A DNA stretch of 64,000 nucleotides, taken from Schizosaccharomyces osmophilus (Eukaryota). Position numbers and translations under genes: made by a program. Shown here one piece after another: positions 48,235 through 60,015 of this stretch. Each line of letters opens with the position of its first letter. Position 1 is the first letter of the stretch. Below the pieces are notes generated by a model. It did not search any database. It saw only the letters and a list, made by a program, of their open reading frames with translations, and was not told the origin of the DNA. Location of the stretch: positions 3,286,001 to 3,350,000 of the forward strand of contig NC_079238.1 of the NCBI RefSeq assembly GCF_027921745.1. Reading direction: 5' to 3'.

Positions 48235-51200
48235 ATGTCTAATTCATTGGATTCACAAACCCAACAAGGAACAGGTAATAATGATATTATTTCAGAAGGA
48301 ACCTTACTGAATACTAACCTCTCAGATTCAAACCATTTATCTGAACAGACGCGCATAAATGCTGAAAACATAGTTCGCCATGCTGAAAAGCTCAGCAACA
48401 GACCGCAATTACTAGAATGTCTGCAGGAAACTATTCTTTCTTCCATTACAGATGATAAGATATCAATTGGAGATATTGAAGCTACCTTAAAATACGCGTT
48501 GGATATATCGGGAGAAAATAATGCAATATTGACTACTTGTCTTATAGACTTATTTTGGCTTTTTGATAACGAATTAGAGAATTTATGCCCTTCAAATGGA
48601 TTACAAAAGTCAAGGGAAAGGCTAAATTATCTAGTTAAGAGCTTAAAATCTTCCCTTCCCAACGAGACGTTATTGTCTCGCCTTGATAGCAAATTTTTGG
48701 AAACCATTAGCTTAACGTCTAATGGAGACTTACTTAACAGAAAGATTGCTAGGACCAACACAACTTTACTTTATCGCCAAAGGAAGTTCAATTTATTGCG
48801 TGAAGAAAATGAAGGATATTCTAAACTAATGGTTGAAATTATTGATGGTCTTAATTGCTTTCGTACTAAAACTTTGGACACACACATTCTGTCATCACAT
48901 ATAAATGAGCGAATCAAGACAATCATCGGATCTTTCAATTTGGATCCCAACAGGGTTTTGGATACCATTTTGACAATGTTTTCGGCCAACATTGTCGATG
49001 GTTGGAAGTTCTTTCTTGAATTATTACGGGAGAGTCCTTGGAAGCCCGAGAACCAAAAAAAGTTTTGGAAGGATATGTCAAATGATGAACAAGAGAAAGA
49101 ACTAGGAACTTTTCTTTACGAGAAAGAAAGTTTTTCTTTCTGTTCTGTTTTTAACGGTAAAAAAAATACGATGGCCCAGATACTTGGTCATGATTTACAG
49201 TATTTATATAACGAAAATGACTCTACCGATGAGTCGATATGTTACTTAATCGCAATTCTAATGAAGTATGGTTTCTTTGGTCTGGATAACATTTGGCCTC
49301 ACCTTTCTCCTTCAGATGATGATATGAGCAAAGAGTGGGATCGTTACAAGGATAAGGTAGATGATTTATCATTTAAAGCAAAAGGAAATGCATTAACTAT
49401 GGCTGCACCATTACCAGACGAGGAGTCAGAAATCGGCGAAGCAGCAAGCGCTACTTCAGAAACTGCGCAAGAACCAATAAAACCGAAGTCCTCTCAAAAG
49501 ATTGGCTTACTCAAGGCTTTGCTGGCGATTGGAGAGCTAAAGAATTCACTAACAATTTTGGGAAGATATCCTTATATTTTACGAGCTTTCCCTGATCTCG
49601 CGAATTTATACCACAAGTTGTTACACATTTCATTTGCTCCTGTATATACTTTCTTCAGTCCTCAAAATGGGCTTTCGAAGGAGACTAGAGAGCACTTAAA
49701 ACAGCCTAAATATGTTCCTGCCGATGTCCGATTACGTGAAATCACACTTCGTCCTCCTGATCAGAAAAACATAGTATATGGAATTGATCCTTTTGGACAT
49801 CGTAAAGATAAAACGCAGCAAGAGGTGTTTTTTTACGAAGAATATAAAGATGAAAATCTTCCTGTGCTGAGAACAGCTGAATATTTTTATCAAATTGGCA
49901 TTCCTTGGTTAAAATTATCTGGAATTGCACTTCATTACGATCCTACCTTAGTCACTAAACTTTGTCGTATTGCCAAAGGCTTTCTCGCCGAAGATTCAGA
50001 AAGGCGAGACCTGTGGTTGGATATTACTCGTGTTATTTTACTTCCAGTTTCAAGTTTAGTCGGAGTCAACATTGGTTTATCAAATGAGCTCTATGACTTG
50101 TTAACTCTGTTCGATCCCTCAACAAGATACGCACTTTATGGCGAGTGGTCAAGTACTACCATTAAAAAGTATCCTGAATTAAAACTTCAGCTAATTAAGA
50201 CCGAGCGCGAAACCAAGGGAATTTTGAGACGATTGACAAAAACAAATGTCAAGCAGACCGGTAGATTACTCGCGAAAGTTTGCCACCCCATTCCTTACCC
50301 TGTATTTTCTATTGCACTTAACCAAATAGAAACATATGACAACCTCGTGGAGGTTATTGTGGATTCGGCTCGTTTTATGACTTCCCTTGATTTTGATGTT
50401 CTAACGTTCGCATTACTTTCCTCCTTCTCAAATGAAATGAAGAAGAGATTAAAGCCTGATGGAACAAGTATTGCACATTGGCTACAGGGTTTAGCTTCTT
50501 TTTGTGGAAAGGTCTTTCGAAAATATCCTAACTTAGATTGCACGTTTATTGTTGAATACTGCATGAAACAACTGAAATTAAATCAAATGTTTGATCTTAT
50601 TGTACTGAAAGAATTGCTTTCTCAAATGACTGGACTACAGCCTTGGACAAATTTATCCGATACTCAGCTCCAAGGAGCAGCAGGAGGCCCTTTTCTTCGA
50701 GAAATTAGCCTGTCTCTAATTTATGAAAATAAGGAATCACTGAAGAAATGCTTTTCATGCCTGTTTACGACTTTACGAAGAAACAGGCTTGTTACCCAAT
50801 TAGTTATACTACTTGCTCAGAAATTTAGTCGTAGTATTTACGATGTGACGGATGACAATTCACATTTAAAGCTCGTATCAGCTTTATATGATGATTGTTG
50901 TGATGTCCTTTATTTGCTTATGGAGTTCTTGAGTATAACTTGTGGTAAGCATGAGTATTACGAATTACTGCCTTCGTTTGATGAACTTGTCAAAGAGTAC
51001 CATATCCAGCCTCATGTGGCGTTTTTCATATTAAGATATAGACACTTAAAGTCTGATGATTCCAATTTGAATGAGTATGTAGATGATCCTATGGATATTG
51101 ACAACGATGCTAAGTACGTCGCCGGCAGCGAAGACTCAACTACGATGACCAACTTTCCGGTTAACACGTCGTCTATAATTAATTTGCTTCCTGAAAATGT

Positions 51201-53100
51201 TTGGGAGTGCATAAACCCTGATTTGTATGAATTATTTTGGAAGCTTTCAATATATGACATCTACGTTCCTTTAGAGAGGTATGAATATGAAAGCAATCGT
51301 GCTTTTGAACAATTTCGCCAAACTGAGGCTTCAGGTCAACCACATCCTAAAAACAAGCAAGAATGTCAAAAACAAATGACTTTGTCGGATAATTTACGAA
51401 AAGAATTAAAGGACCATATTCAGCTGCTAGAAACCACAAGAAAAGACTTACAAAGTAAGTGTACTAAGTGGTTTCTTCCTACGGATACACAACAGCTGCA
51501 TCCCAGAGGGCTTGCGTCGAAGTATTTTTGGAGTTACTGCATTGCTCCTAGACTAAGAATGGGCCCTCTTGATGCTCTTTACTGTGCCAAATTTATCAAA
51601 ATACTTCATTCGCTTAATACTCCTAATTTTTCTACTATATCTTTTCTCAATAAGTTGTTTGATACTCATCTACCGTCTTTTATTTTTGCATTAACGCCCC
51701 GGGAATCCGATAACTTTTCCAGGTTTCTTTTCGAATTATTAAGCGACGTGACGAATTGGTACAAGGACAAAAATACTTATGAAAAAGAATGCTTAGGAAA
51801 TGGTTTACTCACTGGTTTTCGGGTTGATTGGCTTGACGAAAGTGATTCTTCTCTTCTGCCACATAGCAAGTTTATACTTCTTGTAAGCAAATGGCACAAA
51901 CAGTTGACACAGTACTTTGAACAGTGTCTACTGTCAGGAGAGTACATGCATATTTACAACGCAATAATTATTTTGGAGAAAATTCTTCCATGTTTTCCTT
52001 TGATTCAAGAAAGTGGACAATCACTAAAGAAAGCGGCTGATAACCTAAAAGAGAACGAAAAGCGCGAAGACATAAAAATTTTAGCTTTGGGCTATTATGC
52101 TAAGCTCTGCAAAAAAGAACCTACCTGGGTTTCATTCAATGTATTTTCTGGAACTATAAAGCCTAAACTCCCAACCCCGGTTACTGAGAAGCACCCTTTA
52201 GTTGATAGTACTGACAATTCTGAAGATTTAGATAAAGCTAATACGAGTGCTTCAAATTTGAATGTTGATGCTGCAGAATTTGTACCTAAAGCCGAAAATA
52301 CAGGAATACAACAAACGAAAACCCCAACTTTGGATAACATAACGTCCACGAAGGCCGAATTTAATAACAATAAGCCGGCAAACGATACGGAAATGGTTGA
52401 AACGGTTAAACCTACAACAACAGAGAAAACTTCATTAACTGAAAGTCCGGAAGTTACTCGTAGTCAACGTGGGAAAGCGCCACAACCAGAGGAATTTAGA
52501 AGAAAGGAGAGAGAACGAGAAAGGAGAGTTAGAGGCACATATAATAGAAACATAGAGAGACCTCATTCTCGTGGTAGTGGGTCGTCCGAAAATGAACGAA
52601 ATTCACCACGTTATGCAAACCGTGATCCACCGAAGAGAGAAAGCAGAGTTGAAGATGAGAAAGGTGAGCGCCGGTTTTCTAATGCTGCCCAAAATCGGAA
52701 CGTTCGTTCTAATGAGGGCCAAAAGCGTAAAGAGGCAAATACCGATGAGGCTTCTGAACTCGGTCGATCTAGAGCTAGAGACGATGATGAAAGAGAAGCT
52801 CGACGTCAAGCCTCGTTAAGGACAAACCGAAATGGTAGAAACAATAGGAATAATGATACTAGAAATGATACTGGTCGCCGAGGTGCTGCCCAGTCTTCTG
52901 AGAGACAAGCTCGATCCGCTAGTACTCCTGCTGGTCCTTCTGACGAGGGTAGAAAAGATGAGCAGCGAAACATAAATATAAATAGACGAGCACGACAAGA
53001 TGAAAGAAGAGAACGAAATACTCGTCTACAAAAAGAGCGACAACGAGAAAGACCACCTATGCGTGCTGGTAGAGATGAAAAGAGAAGACGATTTCAATAA
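48235..53100 (+). CDS. tho2: THO complex subunit Tho2
   Basis: LYRQRKFNLLREENEGYSKL, FNLDPNRVLD, QIETYDNL, R/E-rich disordered C-tail; 1621 aa. Confidence 0.93.
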   Translation: MSNSLDSQTQQGTGNNDIISEGTLLNTNLSDSNHLSEQTRINAENIVRHAEKLSNRPQLLECLQETILSSITDDKISIGDIEATLKYALDISGENNAILTTCLIDLFWLFDNELENLCPSNGLQKSRERLNYLVKSLKSSLPNETLLSRLDSKFLETISLTSNGDLLNRKIARTNTTLLYRQRKFNLLREENEGYSKLMVEIIDGLNCFRTKTLDTHILSSHINERIKTIIGSFNLDPNRVLDTILTMFSANIVDGWKFFLELLRESPWKPENQKKFWKDMSNDEQEKELGTFLYEKESFSFCSVFNGKKNTMAQILGHDLQYLYNENDSTDESICYLIAILMKYGFFGLDNIWPHLSPSDDDMSKEWDRYKDKVDDLSFKAKGNALTMAAPLPDEESEIGEAASATSETAQEPIKPKSSQKIGLLKALLAIGELKNSLTILGRYPYILRAFPDLANLYHKLLHISFAPVYTFFSPQNGLSKETREHLKQPKYVPADVRLREITLRPPDQKNIVYGIDPFGHRKDKTQQEVFFYEEYKDENLPVLRTAEYFYQIGIPWLKLSGIALHYDPTLVTKLCRIAKGFLAEDSERRDLWLDITRVILLPVSSLVGVNIGLSNELYDLLTLFDPSTRYALYGEWSSTTIKKYPELKLQLIKTERETKGILRRLTKTNVKQTGRLLAKVCHPIPYPVFSIALNQIETYDNLVEVIVDSARFMTSLDFDVLTFALLSSFSNEMKKRLKPDGTSIAHWLQGLASFCGKVFRKYPNLDCTFIVEYCMKQLKLNQMFDLIVLKELLSQMTGLQPWTNLSDTQLQGAAGGPFLREISLSLIYENKESLKKCFSCLFTTLRRNRLVTQLVILLAQKFSRSIYDVTDDNSHLKLVSALYDDCCDVLYLLMEFLSITCGKHEYYELLPSFDELVKEYHIQPHVAFFILRYRHLKSDDSNLNEYVDDPMDIDNDAKYVAGSEDSTTMTNFPVNTSSIINLLPENVWECINPDLYELFWKLSIYDIYVPLERYEYESNRAFEQFRQTEASGQPHPKNKQECQKQMTLSDNLRKELKDHIQLLETTRKDLQSKCTKWFLPTDTQQLHPRGLASKYFWSYCIAPRLRMGPLDALYCAKFIKILHSLNTPNFSTISFLNKLFDTHLPSFIFALTPRESDNFSRFLFELLSDVTNWYKDKNTYEKECLGNGLLTGFRVDWLDESDSSLLPHSKFILLVSKWHKQLTQYFEQCLLSGEYMHIYNAIIILEKILPCFPLIQESGQSLKKAADNLKENEKREDIKILALGYYAKLCKKEPTWVSFNVFSGTIKPKLPTPVTEKHPLVDSTDNSEDLDKANTSASNLNVDAAEFVPKAENTGIQQTKTPTLDNITSTKAEFNNNKPANDTEMVETVKPTTTEKTSLTESPEVTRSQRGKAPQPEEFRRKERERERRVRGTYNRNIERPHSRGSGSSENERNSPRYANRDPPKRESRVEDEKGERRFSNAAQNRNVRSNEGQKRKEANTDEASELGRSRARDDDEREARRQASLRTNRNGRNNRNNDTRNDTGRRGAAQSSERQARSASTPAGPSDEGRKDEQRNININRRARQDERRERNTRLQKERQRERPPMRAGRDEKRRRFQ

Positions 53101-53257
53101 AAAATCCTCTAACGTATCACCTTTGCTATAAACTCTTAACGCCGTTACTATAGTGTAAATTAATTTGCAGTTTTTATAAAATAAATAAACGAACTTAAAC
53201 TAAAAACGTAAAAAGGATTTGCATATATACACATATACCATATACATTCAACTTATT

Positions 53258-55972
53258 CTAACGATATGGCGAATAGTTTGTGTCAGTAGATCGATGTGAT
53301 GGACTCGATCTCAATTGCAAAGAATCATTCCGCATTAGTGTTCTACCGTGATATATACCTGTAAACACAGAACCACTGTTCACTGAACTGGTTGAATCAG
53401 ACGGCTTCTGAAAATTAAGCAACTCTTCTAGTTCAGCTTGTGAATCTAGGAATTTACTTTCAAGATTCCTAAACTTCTTTAAAAGTTCATCATACTTCTC
53501 TTTCACATCAGCATACTGTGCAAAGTAATTATCAATTTTAGTGTTGAATGAACCGTGCATTTCTGGAATGGTAGCCTGAGAAGACAATCGCTTCTCCAAA
53601 TCATAGATTTTAGCCTCACAAACAACATTCAGAGCTTCCAGATCTTTCGTAAGGAAGTCTATTTTGTTTTGTAAGTGTATATTTTCCGATTTCAACTTGG
53701 CGCAAAGCTCTTCACTTTCAATCATTTTTTTCTCGTGTTCTTCACTCATTACCGAATTTGACAAAATGGTACTATTTTCCATAGCTGCATTATCCGTAGA
53801 GTCATTAAAGGCCTCTTTACTTCTGTATGACAGATTCGCCGAATTGCTGTGTTTCTCGAATTCATCAAGTTTTGATTTATAAAGCTGAACGCGGAGTTCT
53901 AGCTGATTTTTCTCGTATGCAATTTCAGTTTGTACTCGTTCAAACATATTCAATCGGCTAGTCAAAGATGACACACTGCTTGACAGATTCTCTTCTTTCG
54001 ATCTCCAAGCCTTCCGTTCTTCTCGGAAAGCCTTTAATTTGTTATTGCAATCTGTTTCCCATTGAAACCTTCGATTTAAAGCGGCTTGAGCCTCTGTACG
54101 TTGCTGCTCCAACTCTTGTGTTAAAACCTCAACTTGTAGTTTGTAACGTTTGTTTGTAAGGAGTAGCTTTTGTCTTTCTGATTCGACAGCCATGTCCTGG
54201 ACATGCTCACGTCGTAATTTGCTAATATTTTGAATGTGCTGCTGACGCATATATTTCTCAAAATCCAACTCGTTTTTCAAAAATAAAAGTTCTCTTTGCA
54301 ATCGTAGTATGAGGGTGGTTGTATTTGGAGAAATATCTTCAGATGATTCAGAAACGCCAGGCACAGATTTGACGTTTGCGTGATAAAAAGAAGAAGCCTC
54401 GCTTATTGAAGCACGGTAAGAATCATTTTCAGAGGAGTCATCTACGATAGCTGGCACAGAGCCTTTCACATCAGTAGGTTCAAGAGCAAAGCTGGAGTTT
54501 GCTGAATTAGGAATCGACAGCTGCTGGTGCCAAGATACAGAAAGGGGATCCGGGTAAATGTCATGACTTTCGTTGGGATAAGCTAAGACACCAGTTGGAG
54601 GTCCTAAATCTTCTAAAGGACGGGCGGATTGGTGATAACCTGACTCGGCGTTACCTTCGGTCATTCCGACAGTATTAAGGCGATTACAAAGAGCGACAAT
54701 GGCGGTAGAATCAAGCTTTTTCCATCTGGACTTATCAGATAATTCGGAGGAGGCGGTGAAGCTTAAGAAATTTCGATGAGCGAGATGATTTGACAGGAGA
54801 GGAGTACACTTGGAAAGAAGTATCTCGGAGTTGTAACGATGGGGAATAGTAAACTTATGATTGGCAGCATAGCTAGTTGGATTACGCAAGAAGTCTAAGA
54901 AGTTGATAGGAAACAGGGCGTAGAGGAAGGTGAATAGTTGGGAGTATTCAAGAGAACTAAAGTACTCAGAATGAAAAGTATCGGATAGATTGGATTTAGC
55001 TTTCGTATGGGCAGATAAAGGAGAGGGAGAAGAGGAAGAAGAAGATGTGGTGTATGTGGAAGCAAAATTAGGAAGAACTTCCCAACCATTGGTAGTAGAA
55101 GCTTTAGGAGGACCGGTGAAGGAGTCAATCATAGAAAGACGAAGAAAACAACAAAACAAGCGGTAAAGCAAATTACCCAGGTCATTACAGATATGGGGAA
55201 GAATCATGATGACAAAAGAGAGGGAATAGGAGAGGGCGATAGGAGAGCAATCGTAGTCGAGGCTGTTTAAAACGCAATCGAACAAGCCAGTTTGGGGAAT
55301 TTCATAAAGACGAGGACCTTGTCGACGGGCGACGCTGACCATGACGGAAAGGATGGGAATGCGATTTCGGGGTTGGGAGTAAAACTTTGTAAAGCAGAGG
55401 GACAGGTCTTTGGGACGCTGAACACCGTAGCTAATAAGGATGTCGGTTAGACAATCTAAAGTTTGGCTTCTTTGGATTTGAATTTCGACATGTTTAAAGA
55501 TTTCGATGGCGTTTTCGAGATAGAGGTCGACAAGACGGTAGCAGATTTCGGTTGCGGTTTGTTGACGGACATTTTTCCCCCATTCATCTTCATCGTGATA
55601 AATCAGGATGTAGGAAATGATGGATTTAAGGTCATTGAGAACGGGTTTGATTTGAGTAGGAGAGTTCATGAATGGATGGAAAATTTGGTCCCACCACTCG
55701 CCAATAGCTTGACGATGAAGAATGAGCAAGGGAAGAACGGTCTTGAGGACGGCAAGCCATAACGCACGTCGTTTGGCATTGTTGAAGGGGATTTTTTCGT
55801 ATAAATGGCTGAGGACTTCACGAATTTTTTGGGAATTTGTAGCGTTTGGGGATGGATATTGCAGCTGGTACGCTTCGACTTGGCCATTCAACTCGGAAAG
55901 GTCTTTGTTTCCACCTACCTCTTCATTCTCAAAGATGGCACATAATGTCTTTAAAAGTTGTTGTAGGGGCAT
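53258..55972 (-). CDS. tsc1: Hamartin (TSC complex)
   Basis: LFTFLYALFPINFLDFLRNP, HLAHRNF, LLFLKNELDFEKYMRQQHIQNI, long C-terminal coiled coil. Confidence 0.93.
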   Translation of the reverse strand: MPLQQLLKTLCAIFENEEVGGNKDLSELNGQVEAYQLQYPSPNATNSQKIREVLSHLYEKIPFNNAKRRALWLAVLKTVLPLLILHRQAIGEWWDQIFHPFMNSPTQIKPVLNDLKSIISYILIYHDEDEWGKNVRQQTATEICYRLVDLYLENAIEIFKHVEIQIQRSQTLDCLTDILISYGVQRPKDLSLCFTKFYSQPRNRIPILSVMVSVARRQGPRLYEIPQTGLFDCVLNSLDYDCSPIALSYSLSFVIMILPHICNDLGNLLYRLFCCFLRLSMIDSFTGPPKASTTNGWEVLPNFASTYTTSSSSSSPSPLSAHTKAKSNLSDTFHSEYFSSLEYSQLFTFLYALFPINFLDFLRNPTSYAANHKFTIPHRYNSEILLSKCTPLLSNHLAHRNFLSFTASSELSDKSRWKKLDSTAIVALCNRLNTVGMTEGNAESGYHQSARPLEDLGPPTGVLAYPNESHDIYPDPLSVSWHQQLSIPNSANSSFALEPTDVKGSVPAIVDDSSENDSYRASISEASSFYHANVKSVPGVSESSEDISPNTTTLILRLQRELLFLKNELDFEKYMRQQHIQNISKLRREHVQDMAVESERQKLLLTNKRYKLQVEVLTQELEQQRTEAQAALNRRFQWETDCNNKLKAFREERKAWRSKEENLSSSVSSLTSRLNMFERVQTEIAYEKNQLELRVQLYKSKLDEFEKHSNSANLSYRSKEAFNDSTDNAAMENSTILSNSVMSEEHEKKMIESEELCAKLKSENIHLQNKIDFLTKDLEALNVVCEAKIYDLEKRLSSQATIPEMHGSFNTKIDNYFAQYADVKEKYDELLKKFRNLESKFLDSQAELEELLNFQKPSDSTSSVNSGSVFTGIYHGRTLMRNDSLQLRSSPSHRSTDTNYSPYR

Positions 55973-56709
55973 ACGTGAGCGAAGATGGGAACAGGAGAGG
56001 GCGATGCAAAATACCTAGCTTCTTTTCAGAAGAAGCTTATGGGAAGTTAAGAAAAAATAATATTGGGTGGTGGACGGGATCAACAGAAGAGAAAATGGGA
56101 AAAAGAAAAAAAGAAAAAAAGAAAAGAAACAGGGAAAGAAAGGAAAGCAAAGGATATAAGCGCTTTTGGTGGTCGATTACCATGATCGTTGTATAGATTT
56201 CGTAATATGATGTTTGTTTTGTTTTTTACGATAACGGTATCTTAGTATACCGAAATGTATCACAAAGTGTATCTCGCAAAGCATCTCGCAAAGCGAAAGA
56301 TATGAGAGCGGCGAACCTTGAAGCTGCCAAGGTTCGGCAAGAGAGAGTAGACGGTGATGTGGTTTGGGTTGATGGAAAACAAAGGAAGACGCTGTAAGAA
56401 GCGAGATGTCCATTAAAAAGGTCTTTTAAAACATTTTTCAAACGTCTTTTTTCTTTTGTTTTTAATTTTCACTGGTTCAACTCTTGCATCTTCCTTTCCC
56501 TTTCTTATATTACAGTCATACAGTTTGGTTTCTCTTACAATATGTTCATTGCCTGTGCCTCTTCCACAACGATGATGTTTGGTCTATAAAAGTTTATTTG
56601 AAACCGAGTTACCCAACTACCTAAAGTCGGGTTTCTGACGTTTACCTTGGGAACATAGCCGATTGGTATCGGAGCAACGAGAAATAGCAATATTTTCTCG
56701 TTTTTGAAG

Positions 56710-57215
56710 TTCTTTGTTTGGAAGCTTGTTTACCTCTTGAGAATGCTTCTAGCAGCATTCAACGGTGTCAAAAGCGTCTCGGTGGTTTGGGTTCTTTCCC
56801 CTCGCGTTCGACTTGCCGTAGTGTGAAATGCGTGTGTGTGTGTGTGTGTGTGTGTGCGATAGACTTTTTTCCTTTCGTGATTTTATAAAGGTGAGAAAAG
56901 GAAACGAAGGGAAAAATAGAAAATAGAAAATAGAAAATAAATGAAAAAAAAATTGTTCGTTTCAGATTTGATGGATGAAACGAAACGTTTTGTTCAGTCA
57001 TTCATCCATTCATCTTTCTAGTTGTCTTGATGTCGCTTTGTTGTCGTCGTCTCTTGTTGACTTTCTTTTCCATTCAAGGCACATTACTTTGTTTTTGTTA
57101 CTTGACTCTCTCGCTAATCCGGAAGCTCGGTTCTCTTTGTCTTTTGTTTATCTACTACCATTGGATCATTCCACCTTCTCTTTGTTTCCTATGTCAATAG
57201 ACGTTTCTTTGTTTT
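56710..57215. promoter_or_regulatory. Ste11 TR-box cluster upstream of rgs1
   Basis: Exact TTCTTTGTTY at 56710-56719 and within TTTCTTTGTTTT at 57204-57215; near matches around 57033, 57086, 57178. rgs1 is a known Ste11 target in S. pombe. Confidence 0.7.
56832..56856. repeat. (GT)12 microsatellite
   Basis: Read directly. Confidence 0.9.
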
Positions 57216-57567
57216 CAAGCTCTCAAGCTCCCATATAATGCCAAGTCTTTCTTGTCTTCGTTCGTTGTTCGCTTCGAATTCATATACTATCCTTCTTCCT
57301 TTTCTGTCATTAGGATAGGTTAGGTTCGATACGGTACAGTTGTCTTATTCCAAATCTGTGGTAGAAATCAATTCATTTTCCATTCATTCCTAGATACATG
57401 AACCCTTTAGGAATTGTCTCTGGTTTGTTTTCTTTTCTTATTTAATTTTTTTTTTATTTTTTTTTTAGACACTAGACGTTTGTTTTGTTTTTCTTTCCTT
57501 CTTTTCATCTTTTATTATTTTTCTTTTCTCACTTTTGTTTTCTTTAGCTTTCTTCTAGCTTTGGTGT

Positions 57568-57571
<4 letters not shown>

Positions 57572-57598
<27 letters not shown>

Positions 57599-57599
57599 T
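57572..57599. repeat. Poly(T)28 within a ~370 bp pyrimidine-rich tract upstream of rgs1
   Basis: Read directly. Confidence 0.9.
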
Positions 57600-57798
57600 C
57601 GGATTTGCATTTTCTTTTCTTACTCTCTTTGATTGACTTGACTCATTTATTCTTTTCTTTTCTTTTTTTTTCCCATTTTCTATTTCTCCTTCTATTCTTC
57701 TTCGTTGGTTTCCTCAATTTTATTTGTATCTCCTTTCTAGAAAGCTTTGCCTACTCTCTCTTCTCTCCCCTCTGAAACGCAAACCAACTCTTTCTACT

Positions 57799-59253
57799 AT
57801 GTGTTCTATGGTCGAACCTCACACTCCTCCTCCTTGCTATGATAGCATTACAGCAGCCAATGCCCACCGGGCTTCTGGGGTTGACTGGGGATTGCATGAC
57901 CGACGCCAGCATTGCTCTCGCTTTATGAAGATGACTTCCTACGGGCGACCTTTTAGTAAAGACTTTCTGGAACTGTATTCTGCCATGGTTATTTCCACTC
58001 CTTTTTCAAAAAACCGTTCTCGTTTTCGCACCATCGACAGTTCTTGCACTCTTTTACAACTCTTCAACACTCTCGAAAACTTGGAATTAAGCCAGATGAA
58101 CCGACTCAAAGGAAACACAGGTAACAAATTGCTAAAGTCCACAACAAAATTCACCGTTCCTAAAAAAGCTGCCAAATGTTTGTGCGAAATGTTTTTAAAT
58201 GCACGTTTGCTTCAAGTCGTCCACAACCCCATGGCCAAAAAATTCACCACCGAAAAGTGTGTTCTCCAGCTCACTGATAAAGGCATTTCCGTCGTTGCCC
58301 GTTTTTTACACCACAATGGCGACGACTCCATCAATGCAAATGTTTCCCTTCCCTCCAACGACTCTTCTCCAGTCATCATCCCTGTTTCCCGTTTCTCCAG
58401 CACCGACCAGGTTTTACAGGATGCTTCTTTCCCCGAAATGCTCTTGCAACGCATGCTCGGTCCTTCTCCCAAGTGCATGCGATCCCGCAATGAGTCCCTA
58501 GTCCCCATTTACTTGAGTACAATTCACGGGAAAAAGCGCCCTCCCCATGCCACAAAGTACTTGCTCTTTGGAATCGATATTGCAGAATGGCTCATGAATC
58601 ATACTATGCTGTTGGATTGGAATGAGGTGGTCTCGGTTGCAAACAACCTTCTTCTTTACTCTTACTTGGCCCATACACAAACTACCAGTGACCCATATTC
58701 TTTTAGTTTTGAAAAAGGTGTTTCCTACTATCTAACTCCCAAGGCTTTAGAAACCGTCGGTTGGATTGAAAACCCATCCGGAGCATCCATAATTCAACAT
58801 ATCCAACAATTGGATTCCCATTCTTCCAACAAGGAGCTTTTAGAGTCAATTTTAAAGAAGCCTAGTTTGCAAACCTACTTTTTTGAATTCTTAAAGAAAA
58901 ACTTTTGTGATGAAAATCAACAATTTTACTCGGAAGTTTGTGAATTCAACGACTTTTTCTCTCAGGCAAGTCAAGCAAACGATATCATTGCTGTTCGTGA
59001 AAGTTTTGTGCATGCATGTGGGATTTACAACTGTTTCCTTTCTCCCGCCGCTCCAAATGCCGTCAATTTGCCAAGCGACTTGTACGAACGAATTTCCAAT
59101 CATATGTCTTTGGCAATGGAAGTGGAACCATTAGATGAATGGTTGCGTATTGTCCATAAACTATTTTTGGAAGCTCAAGCTTTGATTTTGGATTTAATGG
59201 CCGGTGATTCTTTGCTAAAATTCCTTGAATCTCATCATCCTGATGATCAATAA
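57799..59253 (+). CDS. rgs1: Regulator of G-protein signalling (Sst2-like, DEP plus RGS)
   Basis: GRPFSKDFLELYS, DEP-like FGIDIAEWL, RGS box FFEFLKKNFCDENQQFY...IYNCFLSPAAPNAVNL...LMAGDSLLKFL. Start ATG 57799 or 57808. Confidence 0.93.
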   Translation: MCSMVEPHTPPPCYDSITAANAHRASGVDWGLHDRRQHCSRFMKMTSYGRPFSKDFLELYSAMVISTPFSKNRSRFRTIDSSCTLLQLFNTLENLELSQMNRLKGNTGNKLLKSTTKFTVPKKAAKCLCEMFLNARLLQVVHNPMAKKFTTEKCVLQLTDKGISVVARFLHHNGDDSINANVSLPSNDSSPVIIPVSRFSSTDQVLQDASFPEMLLQRMLGPSPKCMRSRNESLVPIYLSTIHGKKRPPHATKYLLFGIDIAEWLMNHTMLLDWNEVVSVANNLLLYSYLAHTQTTSDPYSFSFEKGVSYYLTPKALETVGWIENPSGASIIQHIQQLDSHSSNKELLESILKKPSLQTYFFEFLKKNFCDENQQFYSEVCEFNDFFSQASQANDIIAVRESFVHACGIYNCFLSPAAPNAVNLPSDLYERISNHMSLAMEVEPLDEWLRIVHKLFLEAQALILDLMAGDSLLKFLESHHPDDQ

Positions 59254-60015
59254 AGTAACCTTGTATATTTTTTCTATCACTCTTTTGCTTTGTTCTGCTT
59301 TTTTTACCTCTTACTTTTTTTGCTTTATTGTTATATGCTCATCTAACATAGCTTTCTCATGATTTTTATGTGATCTTTTTACGAATTCTTTTCACGATTA
59401 AAATTTAGATGCTTGATGGCTTTTCCTTTGCTTTTTCTATGAACTAATTGTTTCGTTTTTATGCTCTTTCTTTCTCTCTATCTATCTATGATGACAGATT
59501 TTCCAAAAAGAAAAACCATTTAAGAAAAAAAAAAACGAAAACAAATCACCTAGTCGCTCACTCCTTTGGACTAAAATGTATATATAAAATTTGGATATCT
59601 ACGGAATAAACATTGAATTTATTGTTCTTTAATTTGTGAAATCAACCATTGCGAAATTCAAACTGCCATCATTAATTGTGTATTTCATTCTTAGTTTTTG
59701 CTCAAAGCTTGCTACTTGCTATTGTTTCATAAAGTTTATATCATAAAGATAAGCCAATTCATCTCATTGAAAACACAGGTTTCAATACGCGCCTAACTTT
59801 TTCTTTCTCATCATTCTCCAGTGTTTGTATTCTTTTGCACTAATCGCTTTATTTACATATCTCGTCACTTCAACAAGTACGCCTCACCCTTACCCGACCC
59901 TTCGGACGCCTCTTCTCAAAGCAAAAACCTCGGACAGGTCAGATGGGCTTTATTGAGAGCCTTTTCCACCATATTTTTTTATAAACATCTGTAAACGGAT
60001 CCCACTGAAACGAAA

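Noticed and set aside
57323..57332. Isolated B-box-like GGTTCGATAC upstream of rgs1
   Set aside because: Single imperfect match with no A box or tRNA fold.
57414..57775. Poly-Phe ORFs upstream of rgs1
   Set aside because: Translation of the T-rich tract; non-ATG starts.
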